The notes under the pieces were generated by a model, which did not search any database, was not told where the DNA came from, and worked only from the letters and a program-made list of their open reading frames with translations. From Solirubrobacteraceae bacterium (lineage in GTDB: Bacteria > Actinomycetota > Thermoleophilia > Solirubrobacterales > Solirubrobacteraceae): 64,000 bases of DNA. The stretch covers positions 1,898 through 65,897 of the forward strand of contig DATBKW010000373.1 of NCBI GenBank assembly GCA_036555665.1, written 5' to 3'. Position numbers and translations under genes: made by a program. Shown here one piece after another: positions 27,681 to 37,134 of this stretch (the stretch's first letter is position 1; every line of letters starts with the position of its first letter).

Positions 27681-28192
27681 GCCACCCCCTCCGCGGTCGT
27701 CGGCCCGAGCGGGATCCGCACCCGCTCGCCGGGCTCGCCCGGCTCGTCGGGCCGGTCGAGCTGCAGGTCGAGCGCGCCGTTGCGCGCCCGCAGGGCCAGG
27801 CGCACGCGGCCCGGATGCTGCCCCAGCCAGCGGTTGAGCGCCTCGCTCAACGGCGCCTGCACCTCGCCGGGGGCGAGCTGCGCTGCCGGCAGGTCCTCCG
27901 CCGCGGGCAGCTCGGCGTCGATGCGCCCGGGGAAGCGCGCCTGTTCGAGGCGCAGGTACACGCCGACGTGTTCGAGCTCGTCGGCCGGCGCCACGGTCCG
28001 CGGACCGCGCAGGCGATGGGAGAGGAACGCGCCCAGCTCGGCGAGGACGTCACGCGCCGTGTCGGGGTCCTCTTCGATATAGCTCGCGGCGGCTGCCAGC
28101 ACGTTGTTGATGAAGTGCACGGAAACGGGCTCGACGCCCGCGGGGTGCCCTGGTATTCGCTGATCCAAGCCGAATAACCTCCTTGTGGGCAC
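27677..28192 (-). CDS. Sensor-less LytS-type His_kinase (PF06580-like) mini-protein with truncated ATPase domain
   Basis: 163-171 aa. Starts at GTG 28192, or at TTG 28168 which lies 9 nt after AAGGAGG. H-box 'VSVHFINNVL', 'ELEHVGVYLRLEQARF', N-box-like 'LSEALNRWLG', then ends after 'LDRPDEPGEPG'. Its stop overlaps the RR start (ATGA). Confidence 0.6.
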   Translation of the reverse strand: MPTRRLFGLDQRIPGHPAGVEPVSVHFINNVLAAAASYIEEDPDTARDVLAELGAFLSHRLRGPRTVAPADELEHVGVYLRLEQARFPGRIDAELPAAEDLPAAQLAPGEVQAPLSEALNRWLGQHPGRVRLALRARNGALDLQLDRPDEPGEPGERVRIPLGPTTAEGVA

Positions 28193-28325
28193 ACCTTAAC
28201 CGTGCCCGCGGTCCCCTTCCGCTTGTCTGTTCGATGGTGCCGTTCGGCGCTCGGACTAGGCTGACGGCTCGCGGGCACGTGGCGGTGAAACCGCACCGGG
28301 TCTACCCTCGACGCTGGCGGCGAGG

Positions 28326-30986
28326 ATGAGCATCCATCAGGACACCCCACCCGAGGCGGTCTTCGTCGATCGCCTGGCGGACGCCTTCCGCGATGCCGCG
28401 CTGGGCATGGCGTTGCTCGCGCCGAACGGGACGTTCCTGCGCGCCAACGAGACGCTGTGCCACCTGGTCGGGCGCAGCGAGGACCAGCTTCGGCGCGAGG
28501 GGCTCGCCGACGTCGTCGACGACGCTCGGGTCACCGAGGCCCTGGCCGCCGCCGAGCCGTCGCTGCAGATCGAGGCGCCCATGCGCCACAGCGAGGGCCG
28601 CCCGGTCGTCGGTCTGGTGACCCTCACGCTCGTGCGCGGCGAGCACGGGGCGCCGCAGTGCTACGTCTGCCAGGTCCTCGACATGACCGAGCGCCACGAG
28701 GCGCAGGCGCGACTGGTCGCCAACGAGGCCAAGCTCGCCGAGGCCCAGCAGATCGCGCGGCTGGGCTCCTGGGAGTGGGAGATCGCCACCGATCAGGTCA
28801 CCTGGTCGGCCGAGCTGTACCGCATCTACGGCGTGACGCGTCAGGACGCGCCGCACTCCTACGGCGCCTACCTCGGGAAGGTCCATCCCGACGATCGCGC
28901 GCGCGTCGCGCGCGTCATCGAGACCGCGCTGACCGAGCGTAGGTCGTGGAGCCTCGACTACCGCATCGTGCGCCCCGACGGCGAGCAGCGCATGATCCAC
29001 GCCCGCGGCGAGATCGTGCTCGACGGCGAGGGCGGTCCCACGACCGTCCGTGGGACCTGCCAGGACGTCACCGAGAATCGCCGGGTCGAGGACGCGCTGC
29101 GTGCCGCCGAGCAGCTGTTCCGCCGTGCGTTCGACGACGCCCCCATCGGCATGGCGCTGATCGACCTCGACGGCCGCTGGCTGCGGCTGAACCGCGCGCT
29201 GTGCCAGATGCTCGGGCGCACCGAGCAGGAGCTGCGCACCACCGAGCTCAACGACCTCAGCCATCCCGACGACCGGCGCCTCGATCTTCCCCTCACCAAG
29301 GAGCTGCTGGCCGGCCGCCGGCGCTCGTATGCGATCGAGAAGCGCTATCTGCGCGCCGACGGCAAGATGGTCCACGCGCTCCTGCACGTCTCGCTCATGC
29401 ACGGCGACGGCGAGCGCCCGCTGTACTTCCTCTGCCAGATGGTCGACGTGACCGAGCGCCGCCGCGCGCAGGCCGAGCGCCAGGCCAGCGAGGAGCGCCT
29501 GCAGGCGATCATCGACAACTCGCCGGCGCTGATCATCGTCAAGGACCTCGAACATCGCTACCTGCTGGTCAACCGCCGCTGGGAGGAGCTCTTCGGCGTG
29601 CCGTCCGAGCAGGCGATCGGACGCACGTCGGCGGAGGTCCTGCCCGCCACCCGACGGCCCGACCACCTCGCGATCGACGAGCGCGTCAGCGTCACCGGCG
29701 AGCCCTACGAGGCGATGATGGTCATCCCCGAGCCCGACGGGCAGGACGAGCGGACCTTCCTGATGGTCAAGTTCCCGCTGCGCGACGTCGACGGCAACAT
29801 CTCGGCGGTCGTCACCATCGCCACCGACATCACCGACCGCCGGCGCAGCGCCGAGGAACGCGCCGAGCTCGAGCATCGCCTCGCGCAGGCGCAGCGCCTG
29901 GAGAGCGTCGGCCAGCTCGCGGGCGGGGTCGCGCACGACTTCAACAACCTGCTGTCGGTCATCCTGACCTGCGTCGGGTTCGCCAGCCGCGAGCTGCCCG
30001 CCGATCATCCCGTCCGTGACGACGTCGAGGAGATCGGGCGCGCCGCCGATCGCGCCGCGGCGCTGACGCGCCAGCTGTTGATGTTCAGCCGCCGCGAGGT
30101 CGTCAAGCCGGAGGTGCTCGACGTCGGCGGCCTCGCGCGCGACCTCGAGCGCCTGCTCAATCGCACGCTCAGCGAGCGGATCGCGCTGCGGATCACCGTC
30201 GGCCCCAATCTCGTCCCGGTGCTGGCCGACCGCGCCCAGCTCGAGCAGGTTCTCATCAACCTCGCCGTCAACGCCCGCGATGCCATGCCCGAGGGCGGCA
30301 CGCTGGCGATCGCGGTCGGGCGCGTGGCCGACGGCGTGCGCATCACCGTCGCCGACGATGGCCTCGGCATGCCCGAGGAGGTGCGCGACCGCGCCTTCGA
30401 GCCGTTCTTCACCACCAAGGACCCGGGCGAGGGGACGGGCCTGGGCCTCGCGACGGTTCACGGGATCGTGACCGACTCGGGCGGGACGGTCGACATCGAG
30501 TCGACGCCCGGTCAGGGCACCGTCGTGACGATCTTTCTTCCGGGCTGCCGGGAGGCGGTGCGCCCGGCCGAGCCGCCGGCCGAGCCCGGCGAGCGCGCGG
30601 CGACCGTGGCGCGCGTGCTGGTCGTCGAGGACCAGGAGCCCGTGCGCCGGCAGGCCTGCCGCATCCTCGAGGCCCACGGCTACGAGGTCACCGGCGCGGG
30701 CGCGGCGGAGGAGGCGCTCGAGGGCTGGCAGCCGGTCGACGTGCTCGTCACCGACATCGTCATGCCGGGCATGACCGGCCAGCAGCTCGCCCAGATCGCG
30801 ACCGAGCGCAACCCGGACCTGCGCGTGGTCTACATGTCCGGCCACACCGAGGACGTGCTCGTCCGAAACGGCGCGCGGGCGCGCCACATCGCGTACCTGC
30901 AGAAGCCGTTTACGCGCGCAAGTCTTCTGCGCGCGGTCGAGGACGCGCTGACCACCGCCCCCGCGGACATCACAGCCGAGCGGTAG
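28326..30986 (+). CDS. Hybrid sensor histidine kinase: about 4 PAS + HisKA + HATPase_c + receiver
   Basis: 886 aa. PAS-like segments (for example '[15 protein letters not shown]', '[16 protein letters not shown]', '[15 protein letters not shown]'), H-box '[11 protein letters not shown]', N-box '[10 protein letters not shown]', G1 'DDGLGMP', G2 'GTGLGLA', REC 'VLVVEDQ...[10 protein letters not shown]...LQKPF'. Confidence 0.85.
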   Translation: MSIHQDTPPEAVFVDRLADAFRDAALGMALLAPNGTFLRANETLCHLVGRSEDQLRREGLADVVDDARVTEALAAAEPSLQIEAPMRHSEGRPVVGLVTLTLVRGEHGAPQCYVCQVLDMTERHEAQARLVANEAKLAEAQQIARLGSWEWEIATDQVTWSAELYRIYGVTRQDAPHSYGAYLGKVHPDDRARVARVIETALTERRSWSLDYRIVRPDGEQRMIHARGEIVLDGEGGPTTVRGTCQDVTENRRVEDALRAAEQLFRRAFDDAPIGMALIDLDGRWLRLNRALCQMLGRTEQELRTTELNDLSHPDDRRLDLPLTKELLAGRRRSYAIEKRYLRADGKMVHALLHVSLMHGDGERPLYFLCQMVDVTERRRAQAERQASEERLQAIIDNSPALIIVKDLEHRYLLVNRRWEELFGVPSEQAIGRTSAEVLPATRRPDHLAIDERVSVTGEPYEAMMVIPEPDGQDERTFLMVKFPLRDVDGNISAVVTIATDITDRRRSAEERAELEHRLAQAQRLESVGQLAGGVAHDFNNLLSVILTCVGFASRELPADHPVRDDVEEIGRAADRAAALTRQLLMFSRREVVKPEVLDVGGLARDLERLLNRTLSERIALRITVGPNLVPVLADRAQLEQVLINLAVNARDAMPEGGTLAIAVGRVADGVRITVADDGLGMPEEVRDRAFEPFFTTKDPGEGTGLGLATVHGIVTDSGGTVDIESTPGQGTVVTIFLPGCREAVRPAEPPAEPGERAATVARVLVVEDQEPVRRQACRILEAHGYEVTGAGAAEEALEGWQPVDVLVTDIVMPGMTGQQLAQIATERNPDLRVVYMSGHTEDVLVRNGARARHIAYLQKPFTRASLLRAVEDALTTAPADITAER

Positions 30987-31153
30987 CCGCCCGACTGGCC
31001 GGCGTCGCCGCCGGTCGCGGGCCGATCGCCGCGCGTCGACGGCCGCTGTGCCCTTTGGTGCGAGCGAGCAAGCATGCGGGCGTCGCGGCGGGCTCGACTA
31101 GAGGCTTTCGCCTGCGGTGCCCCTACCCCCCGGGCTCCGTGGCCCACCGCCTA

Positions 31154-31180
31154 GGCGCCGGTGCCCCCAACACCGGCGCC
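31154..31180. terminator. Perfect 10-bp GC hairpin between convergent genes (candidate bidirectional terminator)
   Basis: GGCGCCGGTG-cccccaa-CACCGGCGCC followed by the TTAAGTTAAGG palindrome (31179-31191). Confidence 0.5.
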
Positions 31181-31232
31181 TTAAGTTAAGGGGCCACTCG
31201 CGGCCGCTCGGTCCGAGCGCGGCCGCTCGCGA

Positions 31233-32117
31233 TTACGGACCGCTCGGCACACCGTGCTCGAGCGCGCCCTTCACAGCCGCGTCGACCGCGTTCAGCCGAT
31301 AGAGCGCGAGCGCCTCGGGCGTGGCCGGCCGGCGGTCGCCGTGGTGCGTGAGCACGCAGTGGGCGAGGGCGAGGCGCCGTGGCTCGTCGAGCGGCGCGGC
31401 GCGTTCGTCGAGCATGCGCAGGCCGAGTTCGACGTGGCCGAGCAGGCGGCCCTCGTCGGTCAGCCCGATCTCGGCGCCGAGCGCGAATTCGCGCGTCTTG
31501 CCGAGGTCGTGAACGATCGCCGCGGTCAGCAGCAGGTCCTGGTCCAGACGCGGGTGCAGCGTGCACGTCTCGACCGCGAGGGTGGCGACGGCGACGGTGT
31601 GCTCGAGCAGCCCGCCGAGGTAGGCGTGGTGGCCGTTGCGCGTGCACGGCGTTCGCCGCAGCGCGGCGCGCACCTTCGGGTCGGCGAGGAGGTCGTCGAC
31701 GAGCGCCTTGAAGGCGGGGTCGCGCAGCTCGCCGGCCAGGTGCTCGAGGAAGCCGTCGAGCTCGTCGAGGTCGCGGTAGGCGACCGGCAGGAACGCGGCC
31801 GGGTCGGCATCGTCGGCGCGCGCGATGGTGCGGAGGTCGAGCTGCAGCTCGTCGCGGAAGCGCTCGACGCGCCCGGCGATGCGCACGAGGTCGCCCTGCT
31901 CGAAGCGGCCGGCGTACAGGTCGGCGTCGCGGAAGACCCGCGCGGGGATCGCCCCGGTGCGGTCGCGCAACTCGAGCGCGAGGTAGGCGGTGCCCGTGCG
32001 CGCGATCAGGCGATCCTTGCGCGTGCAGGCGAAGACGCCGCTGACCTCGTCGCCCGCGCGCATCGTCGCGACTGCAATGGGCTGGGCCGGGACGGCGTGA
32101 AGCTCTGCAGAACGCAC
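31233..32117 (-). CDS. OB-fold + HD-domain protein (YhaM-like 3'-5' exoribonuclease family)
   Basis: GTG at 32117 chosen (alternative ATG at 32063). OB region 'GTAYLALELRDRTGAIPARVF', HD region 'HHAYLGGLLEHT...IVHDLGK'. Confidence 0.7.
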   Translation of the reverse strand: MRSAELHAVPAQPIAVATMRAGDEVSGVFACTRKDRLIARTGTAYLALELRDRTGAIPARVFRDADLYAGRFEQGDLVRIAGRVERFRDELQLDLRTIARADDADPAAFLPVAYRDLDELDGFLEHLAGELRDPAFKALVDDLLADPKVRAALRRTPCTRNGHHAYLGGLLEHTVAVATLAVETCTLHPRLDQDLLLTAAIVHDLGKTREFALGAEIGLTDEGRLLGHVELGLRMLDERAAPLDEPRRLALAHCVLTHHGDRRPATPEALALYRLNAVDAAVKGALEHGVPSGP

Positions 32118-32142
32118 GAACCCATGATGTACCGTGGAGCGG

Positions 32143-33024
32143 ATGCAGCCCCTCATCTGGGAGCATCGCCCGGACGGTTTGCGGGCGCCGGCGCTCGTTT
32201 GTGCGTTCACCGGCTGGAACGACGCCGGAGACGCCGCATCGGCCGCGCTGCAGTTCCTCGGCTCGTCATTGGCAGCCACCCGCTTCGCGCGCATCGACCC
32301 GGAGGACTTCTACGACTTCCAGGCCACGCGGCCGAAGATCAAGCTCGTCGAGGGGCGCACCCGGCAGATCGAGTGGCCCGAGGTCGAGATCTACGAGGCG
32401 CGCATCCCGCGAGCTCCGCGCGATCTGGTCTTGCTGCAGGGCGCCGAGCCATCGATGCGCTGGCGCAGCTTCTGCCGGTTGATCGTCGACCTCGCCGAGG
32501 CGATGGGGACGCAGATGGTCGTCACCCTCGGCGCGCTCCTGGCCGACGTGCCGCACTCGCGGCCGGTGCCGATCACGGGCCTGTCCTCGGACGAGGGGCT
32601 CGTCCAGCGCGTCGGGCTGTCGCCGTCCTCCTACGAGGGCCCGACGGGGATCGTCGGCGCGCTGCACGCCGCCTGCCAGGAGGCCGGCATCCCGACCGCG
32701 TCGCTGTGGGCCTCGGTGCCCCACTACGTGGCCGCCGCCCCCAACCCGAAGGCCGCTCTGGCGCTGGTGCGCAAGCTCGAGGGCCTGATCGGCGTGTCGG
32801 TCGACGCCGGCGAGCTCGAGAGCGCCGCGGCCGACTACGAGCGCCAGGTCTCGCTGGCGGTCCAGAGCGACCCCGACGTGCAGGCCTTCGTCGAGCGGCT
32901 GGAGCAGGCCGCCGAGGAGGAGGAGCCGGACATGAGTCCGCAAGATCTGCCGAGCGGCGACTCGATCGCGCGCGACTTTCAGCGGTTCCTGCGGCAGCGG
33001 GGGCCCGACGCGCCGGGGCCTTGA
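32143..33024 (+). CDS. PAC2 (proteasome assembly chaperone 2-like) family protein
   Basis: ATG at 32143 (alternative GTG at 32134). 'PALVCAFTGWNDAGDAAS' and 'YEGPTGIVGAL' are characteristic of actinobacterial PAC2-family proteins (from memory). Confidence 0.7.
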   Translation: MQPLIWEHRPDGLRAPALVCAFTGWNDAGDAASAALQFLGSSLAATRFARIDPEDFYDFQATRPKIKLVEGRTRQIEWPEVEIYEARIPRAPRDLVLLQGAEPSMRWRSFCRLIVDLAEAMGTQMVVTLGALLADVPHSRPVPITGLSSDEGLVQRVGLSPSSYEGPTGIVGALHAACQEAGIPTASLWASVPHYVAAAPNPKAALALVRKLEGLIGVSVDAGELESAAADYERQVSLAVQSDPDVQAFVERLEQAAEEEEPDMSPQDLPSGDSIARDFQRFLRQRGPDAPGP

Positions 33025-33171
33025 CGCTGGTCGTCCGCGTGGCGTTGCCGGCGCCGCGCGGCCTTTCTTGGCATTGAGGGAGTGAAGTCCACCGGTGGTG
33101 TGGGGCGTGCGCGGAGCGGCAAGCGCGGCGCGGACGACCGCGCGGCACCGGACGGACGGCCGGCGGGGCAG

Positions 33172-33657
33172 CTAAGCCGGGTCGGCGCCGAACACGCCGG
33201 GGCCGCGGCGCTGCTCGTAGATCAGCGAGGTCTCCGCGTGCGACACGGCAGGGTCGGATGCGAGGTGCTCGACGACGAACTCGCGCAGGTCGTGGGCGTC
33301 GGCGGCCGCGACCCAGAGCAGGTAGTCGGTCTGGCCGGTGACGTGGAAGATCGACAGCACGCCGGGGAGGGCGCGGACGTGCTCTGTGAACGACTCGATC
33401 TGCTCGCGCGAGTGCACGGACAGGCGGATCGCCACGAGCGCCTGCAGCGGGCGCCCGAGCGCGGCGAGGTCGACCTCCGCATGAAAGCCGCGGATCACGC
33501 CCCGGGCGCGCAGCGCGCGGACGCGCGCGAGCGCGGTCGAGGGGGCGACGCCGACGGCGGCCGCCAGGCGGGCGTTGGAGATGCGCGCATCGGCCGCGAG
33601 CAGTTCGAGCAGACGGCGGTCGATCGCGTCCAGGTCATCGTTCGGCACGGGCCCCAT
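33172..33657 (-). CDS. Lrp/AsnC-family transcriptional regulator
   Basis: ATG at 33657 in track ORF 33172..34947. 'LDAIDRRLLELLAADARISNARLAAAVGVAPSTALARVRALRARGVIRGF' plus a RAM-like C-terminal domain. Confidence 0.85.
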   Translation of the reverse strand: MGPVPNDDLDAIDRRLLELLAADARISNARLAAAVGVAPSTALARVRALRARGVIRGFHAEVDLAALGRPLQALVAIRLSVHSREQIESFTEHVRALPGVLSIFHVTGQTDYLLWVAAADAHDLREFVVEHLASDPAVSHAETSLIYEQRRGPGVFGADPA

Positions 33658-33756
33658 TCTTGCACGCCGATCCGAACAAACAGCGGTGAACCAAGCAGAC
33701 AGCGAAGGATCTTCGACCATCGCATCAGATGACCGCACAGATGCCACACTGTCTCG

Positions 33757-35148
33757 ATGAGCGCCACCACCGCCGGGCCCACCGTCGACATCAGGGACTC
33801 GATCCTCGACGCCATCGGCACCACGCCGCTCGTCCGGCTGTCGCGCCTGGCGGCGGGGCTGACGCCGCAGATCGTGGCCAAGGTCGAGGCGCTCAACCCC
33901 GGCGGATCGATCAAGGACCGCGTCGCGATCGCGCTCATCGAGGCGGCCGAGCGCGACGGCAAGCTCAAGCCGGGCGGCACGATCGTCGAGCCGACGTCGG
34001 GCAACACCGGCACCGGCCTGGCCATCGCCGCGCGCCTGAAGGGTTATCGAGTCATCGCGGTCATGCCGGACAAGATGTCCAAGGAGAAGATCGACCTCCT
34101 GCGCGCCTACGGCGCCGAGGTCGTGGTGGCGCCGACCGCGGTGCCGCCCGAGTCGCCGGAGTCCTACTACCGCGTCGCCGATCGGCTGGCCGAGGAGATC
34201 CCCGGCGCCTTCCAGCCCAACCAGTACCTCAACCCGGCCAACCCGCAGGCCCACTACCGCTCGACCGGTCCCGAGCTGTGGGAGCAGACCGGCGGGCGGA
34301 TCACGCACCTCGTTGCGGGCGTCGGCACGGGCGGGACGATCAGCGGCACGGGGCGCTACCTCAAGGAGCGCAACCCGGACATCGAGGTCATCGGCGCGGA
34401 CCCCTACGGCTCGATCTATTCGAGCCCCGAGGTCAAGCCCTATCTCGTCGAGGGCGTCGGCGAGGACTTCTGGCCGCAGACCTTCGACCCGTCCATCGTC
34501 GACCGCTACGTGACGGTCTCCGACCGCGACGCCTTTCTGACCACCCGCCGACTGGCGATGACCGAGGGCATCCTCGCGGGCGGCTCCGGCGGCCTGGCCG
34601 TGCACGCAGCGCTCGAGGTGGCGCAGGGCACCGACGACCCCGGCGCGCTGATCGTCGTGATCCTCCCCGACGGCGGGCGCTCGTACCTGTCGAAGATCTA
34701 CAACGACGCGTGGATGACCCAGCACGGCTTCCTCGAGCGCTCGACCGATCAGACGGTCGGCGACGTCCTGCGCGCCAAGCAGCAGGCCGGCGAGATCCCG
34801 CCGCTCGTGACCATCGAGACCCACCAGAAGGTCCGCGACGCCGTCGCGCTGCTGCACGAGCACCGCGTCTCGCAGCTGCCGGTGGTCAGCGCGAACGACC
34901 CCTCGAGCGTCGTCGGCTCGATCGGCGAGCGCGGCCTGCTCAAGCACGCCGTCGAGGACCCCGCGCTGCTCAACGCCGATATCGTCGACGTCATGGAGGC
35001 CCCCTTCCCGGCCGTCTCATCCGGCGACCCGGTGCGCGAGGCCGTCGAGCTGCTCGTCGGCGACCGCCAGGCGCTGATGGTCACCGACGCCGGCCGCGCG
35101 ACCGGCATCCTCACCCGCGCCGATCTGCTCGAGGCGCTGGCGCGGTGA
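33757..35148 (+). CDS. Cystathionine beta-synthase (PLP domain + tandem CBS domains)
   Basis: 463 aa. 'KVEALNPGGSIKDR' (PLP Lys), 'TSGNTGTGLA', 'GVGTGGTISG'. C-terminal CBS pair 'VRDAVALLHEHRVSQLPVV' and 'VREAVELLVGDRQALMV'. Confidence 0.85.
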   Translation: MSATTAGPTVDIRDSILDAIGTTPLVRLSRLAAGLTPQIVAKVEALNPGGSIKDRVAIALIEAAERDGKLKPGGTIVEPTSGNTGTGLAIAARLKGYRVIAVMPDKMSKEKIDLLRAYGAEVVVAPTAVPPESPESYYRVADRLAEEIPGAFQPNQYLNPANPQAHYRSTGPELWEQTGGRITHLVAGVGTGGTISGTGRYLKERNPDIEVIGADPYGSIYSSPEVKPYLVEGVGEDFWPQTFDPSIVDRYVTVSDRDAFLTTRRLAMTEGILAGGSGGLAVHAALEVAQGTDDPGALIVVILPDGGRSYLSKIYNDAWMTQHGFLERSTDQTVGDVLRAKQQAGEIPPLVTIETHQKVRDAVALLHEHRVSQLPVVSANDPSSVVGSIGERGLLKHAVEDPALLNADIVDVMEAPFPAVSSGDPVREAVELLVGDRQALMVTDAGRATGILTRADLLEALAR

Positions 35149-36266
35149 GCGAGGACACGTCGCACGACCACTTCGCCACCCGCGCGGTCCACGCCGGCCT
35201 CGAGCCCGACCCCGGCTACGGCGCGGTCATCCCGCCGATCCATCAGACCTCGACCTTCGTGCAGCGAGCCGTCGGCGAGGTCGTCGAGGACTACGACTAC
35301 TCGCGCGGGGCCAACCCGACGCGGTCGGCGCTCGAGCGCGCGCTCGGCGAGCTCGAGGGCGGCCTCGCCAGCGCCTTCTCCTCGGGCATGGCCGCCACCC
35401 ACGCGCTCGTCACCGCCGCCTGCGACGCGGGCGACCACGTCGTCATCCCCGACGACCTCTACGGCGGGACCTATCGCCTGTTCGACAAGGTCCTCTCGCG
35501 GTGGGGCCTGAACTACACGATGGTCGACCAGACCGACCTCGACGCCCTCGCCGCCGCGGTCACCGACGACACCCGCCTGATCTGGGTCGAGACGCCGACG
35601 AACCCGACGCTCAACGTGGTCGACGTCCCCGGTGTCGTCGCGCGCAGGCGCAACGCGCTGGTCGCCGTCGACAACACCTTCGCCACGCCGGTCAATCAGC
35701 GTCCGCTCGAGGACGGCGCCGACGCCGTCGTGCACTCGACGACCAAGTACCTCGGCGGGCACTCCGACGTCATCGGCGGCGCCGTCATCGTCCGCGACGC
35801 CGAGCTGCACGAGCAGGTGCGCTTCATCCAGAAGGCGATCGGCGCCGTGCCCGGACCCTTCGACGCCTTTCTCGTGCACCGCGGCCTGCGCACGCTCGCC
35901 GTCCGCATGCGCGCCCACGCTGAGAGCGCCCGTGCCGTCGCCGAGTGGCTGCGCACCGCCGACGGCGCCACCGACGTGCGCTGGCCGGGCTACAGCGGCA
36001 TGGTCTCCTTCCGCCACCCGGATGCGGTGGCCATCGCCGAGGCCACGCGCCTGTTCATGCTCGCCGAGTCGCTGGGCGGCGTCGAGTCGCTCATCGAGGT
36101 GCCCCAGGCGATGACCCATCAGTCGGTCGAGGGCTCCGCCGCCGCGGTGCCGGCCGACCTCATCCGCCTGAGCTGCGGCATCGAGGCTCCCGAGGACCTC
36201 GTGGCCGACCTCGCGCAGGCGTTCGCGCGGATCGCGCAGCGCCCCGAGGCCTTGCGGCCGGTGTGA
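35145..36266 (+). CDS. Cystathionine gamma-lyase/synthase family PLP enzyme
   Basis: GTG at 35145 overlaps the CBS stop (GTGA). 'YSRGANPTR', 'VVHSTTKYLGGHSDVIGG' (PLP-Lys motif of the Cys/Met-metabolism family). Confidence 0.85.
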   Translation: MSEDTSHDHFATRAVHAGLEPDPGYGAVIPPIHQTSTFVQRAVGEVVEDYDYSRGANPTRSALERALGELEGGLASAFSSGMAATHALVTAACDAGDHVVIPDDLYGGTYRLFDKVLSRWGLNYTMVDQTDLDALAAAVTDDTRLIWVETPTNPTLNVVDVPGVVARRRNALVAVDNTFATPVNQRPLEDGADAVVHSTTKYLGGHSDVIGGAVIVRDAELHEQVRFIQKAIGAVPGPFDAFLVHRGLRTLAVRMRAHAESARAVAEWLRTADGATDVRWPGYSGMVSFRHPDAVAIAEATRLFMLAESLGGVESLIEVPQAMTHQSVEGSAAAVPADLIRLSCGIEAPEDLVADLAQAFARIAQRPEALRPV

Positions 36267-36312
36267 CGCACGCCACGGGAAACGAAACGGCGCCGCATGC
36301 GTCCTCCGCCCC

Positions 36313-37134
36313 ATGGCCACTCATGCGTATGCACTTGAAAACCCCCTCGACCACGAGCGCCTGGTCATCCAGGCGAAGGCACTCGATCGCATCGCCGAGC
36401 GCTACATGCGCGAGGCCGGGTTCGCGCCGGGGATGCGCGTCCTCGACCTCGGAAGCGGAATGGGCGACTCGGCGCTGCTGGCGGCGCGCCTGACCGCACC
36501 GGACGGCCGCGTCGTCGCGGTCGAGCGCTCGGCGGAGACCGCGGCCGCCGCGCGCGCACGGCTCGAATCGCTGGGCGCCACCGCGGTCGACTACGTGCAA
36601 GCCGACGTCACCGACCTTCCGCCGCTCGAGAGCCAGTTCGACGCCGTCATCACCCGCCTGCTGATCATGCACGTGGCCGATCCGGTCGCCGTGTTGCGCG
36701 ACGCGGCCGCCCTGGTCCGTCCCGGCGGCATCATCCTCTCGATGGAGTACGACCTCGCCTGGCTCCCGTGCCACCCGCCGTCCCCGACCTGGGATCGCGC
36801 CGTCGAGATCCTCGTCGAGACCATGAGGCGCGCCGGCATCCACACGCGCATGGGGCTCGAGCTGCGCAGCGCGTTTGTCGCTGCCGGTCTCGGCGAGCCC
36901 ACCATGCGCAGCGAGCAGGACGTCGGCGGCAGCGCCGACTGGACCGGCTACGACAACCTGGCGCTGGTCCTCCGCTCGCTGCTGCCGGTGATCGAGGCGA
37001 CGGGCAGCGCCGATCCCGACGAGCTCGACGTCGACACGCTCGCCGATCGGTTCCGCGAGGAGGTCGCCGACCGGGGCAGCATGGCGGCCATGCCGCCGCT
37101 CGTCGGCGCGTGGGCACGCGTGGTCAGCGAGTAG
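36313..37134 (+). CDS. Class I SAM-dependent methyltransferase
   Basis: 273 aa. Motif I 'VLDLGSGMGDSALLAA', post-I 'VVAVERS', motif II-like 'FDAVITRLLIMHV'. Confidence 0.7.
   Translation: MATHAYALENPLDHERLVIQAKALDRIAERYMREAGFAPGMRVLDLGSGMGDSALLAARLTAPDGRVVAVERSAETAAAARARLESLGATAVDYVQADVTDLPPLESQFDAVITRLLIMHVADPVAVLRDAAALVRPGGIILSMEYDLAWLPCHPPSPTWDRAVEILVETMRRAGIHTRMGLELRSAFVAAGLGEPTMRSEQDVGGSADWTGYDNLALVLRSLLPVIEATGSADPDELDVDTLADRFREEVADRGSMAAMPPLVGAWARVVSE

Noticed and set aside
33658-33756. SAM/S-box or other riboswitch ahead of the cystathionine beta-synthase operon
   Set aside because: The spacer is only 99 nt and is shared with the divergent Lrp promoter. No conserved riboswitch core or terminator/antiterminator pair is visible.
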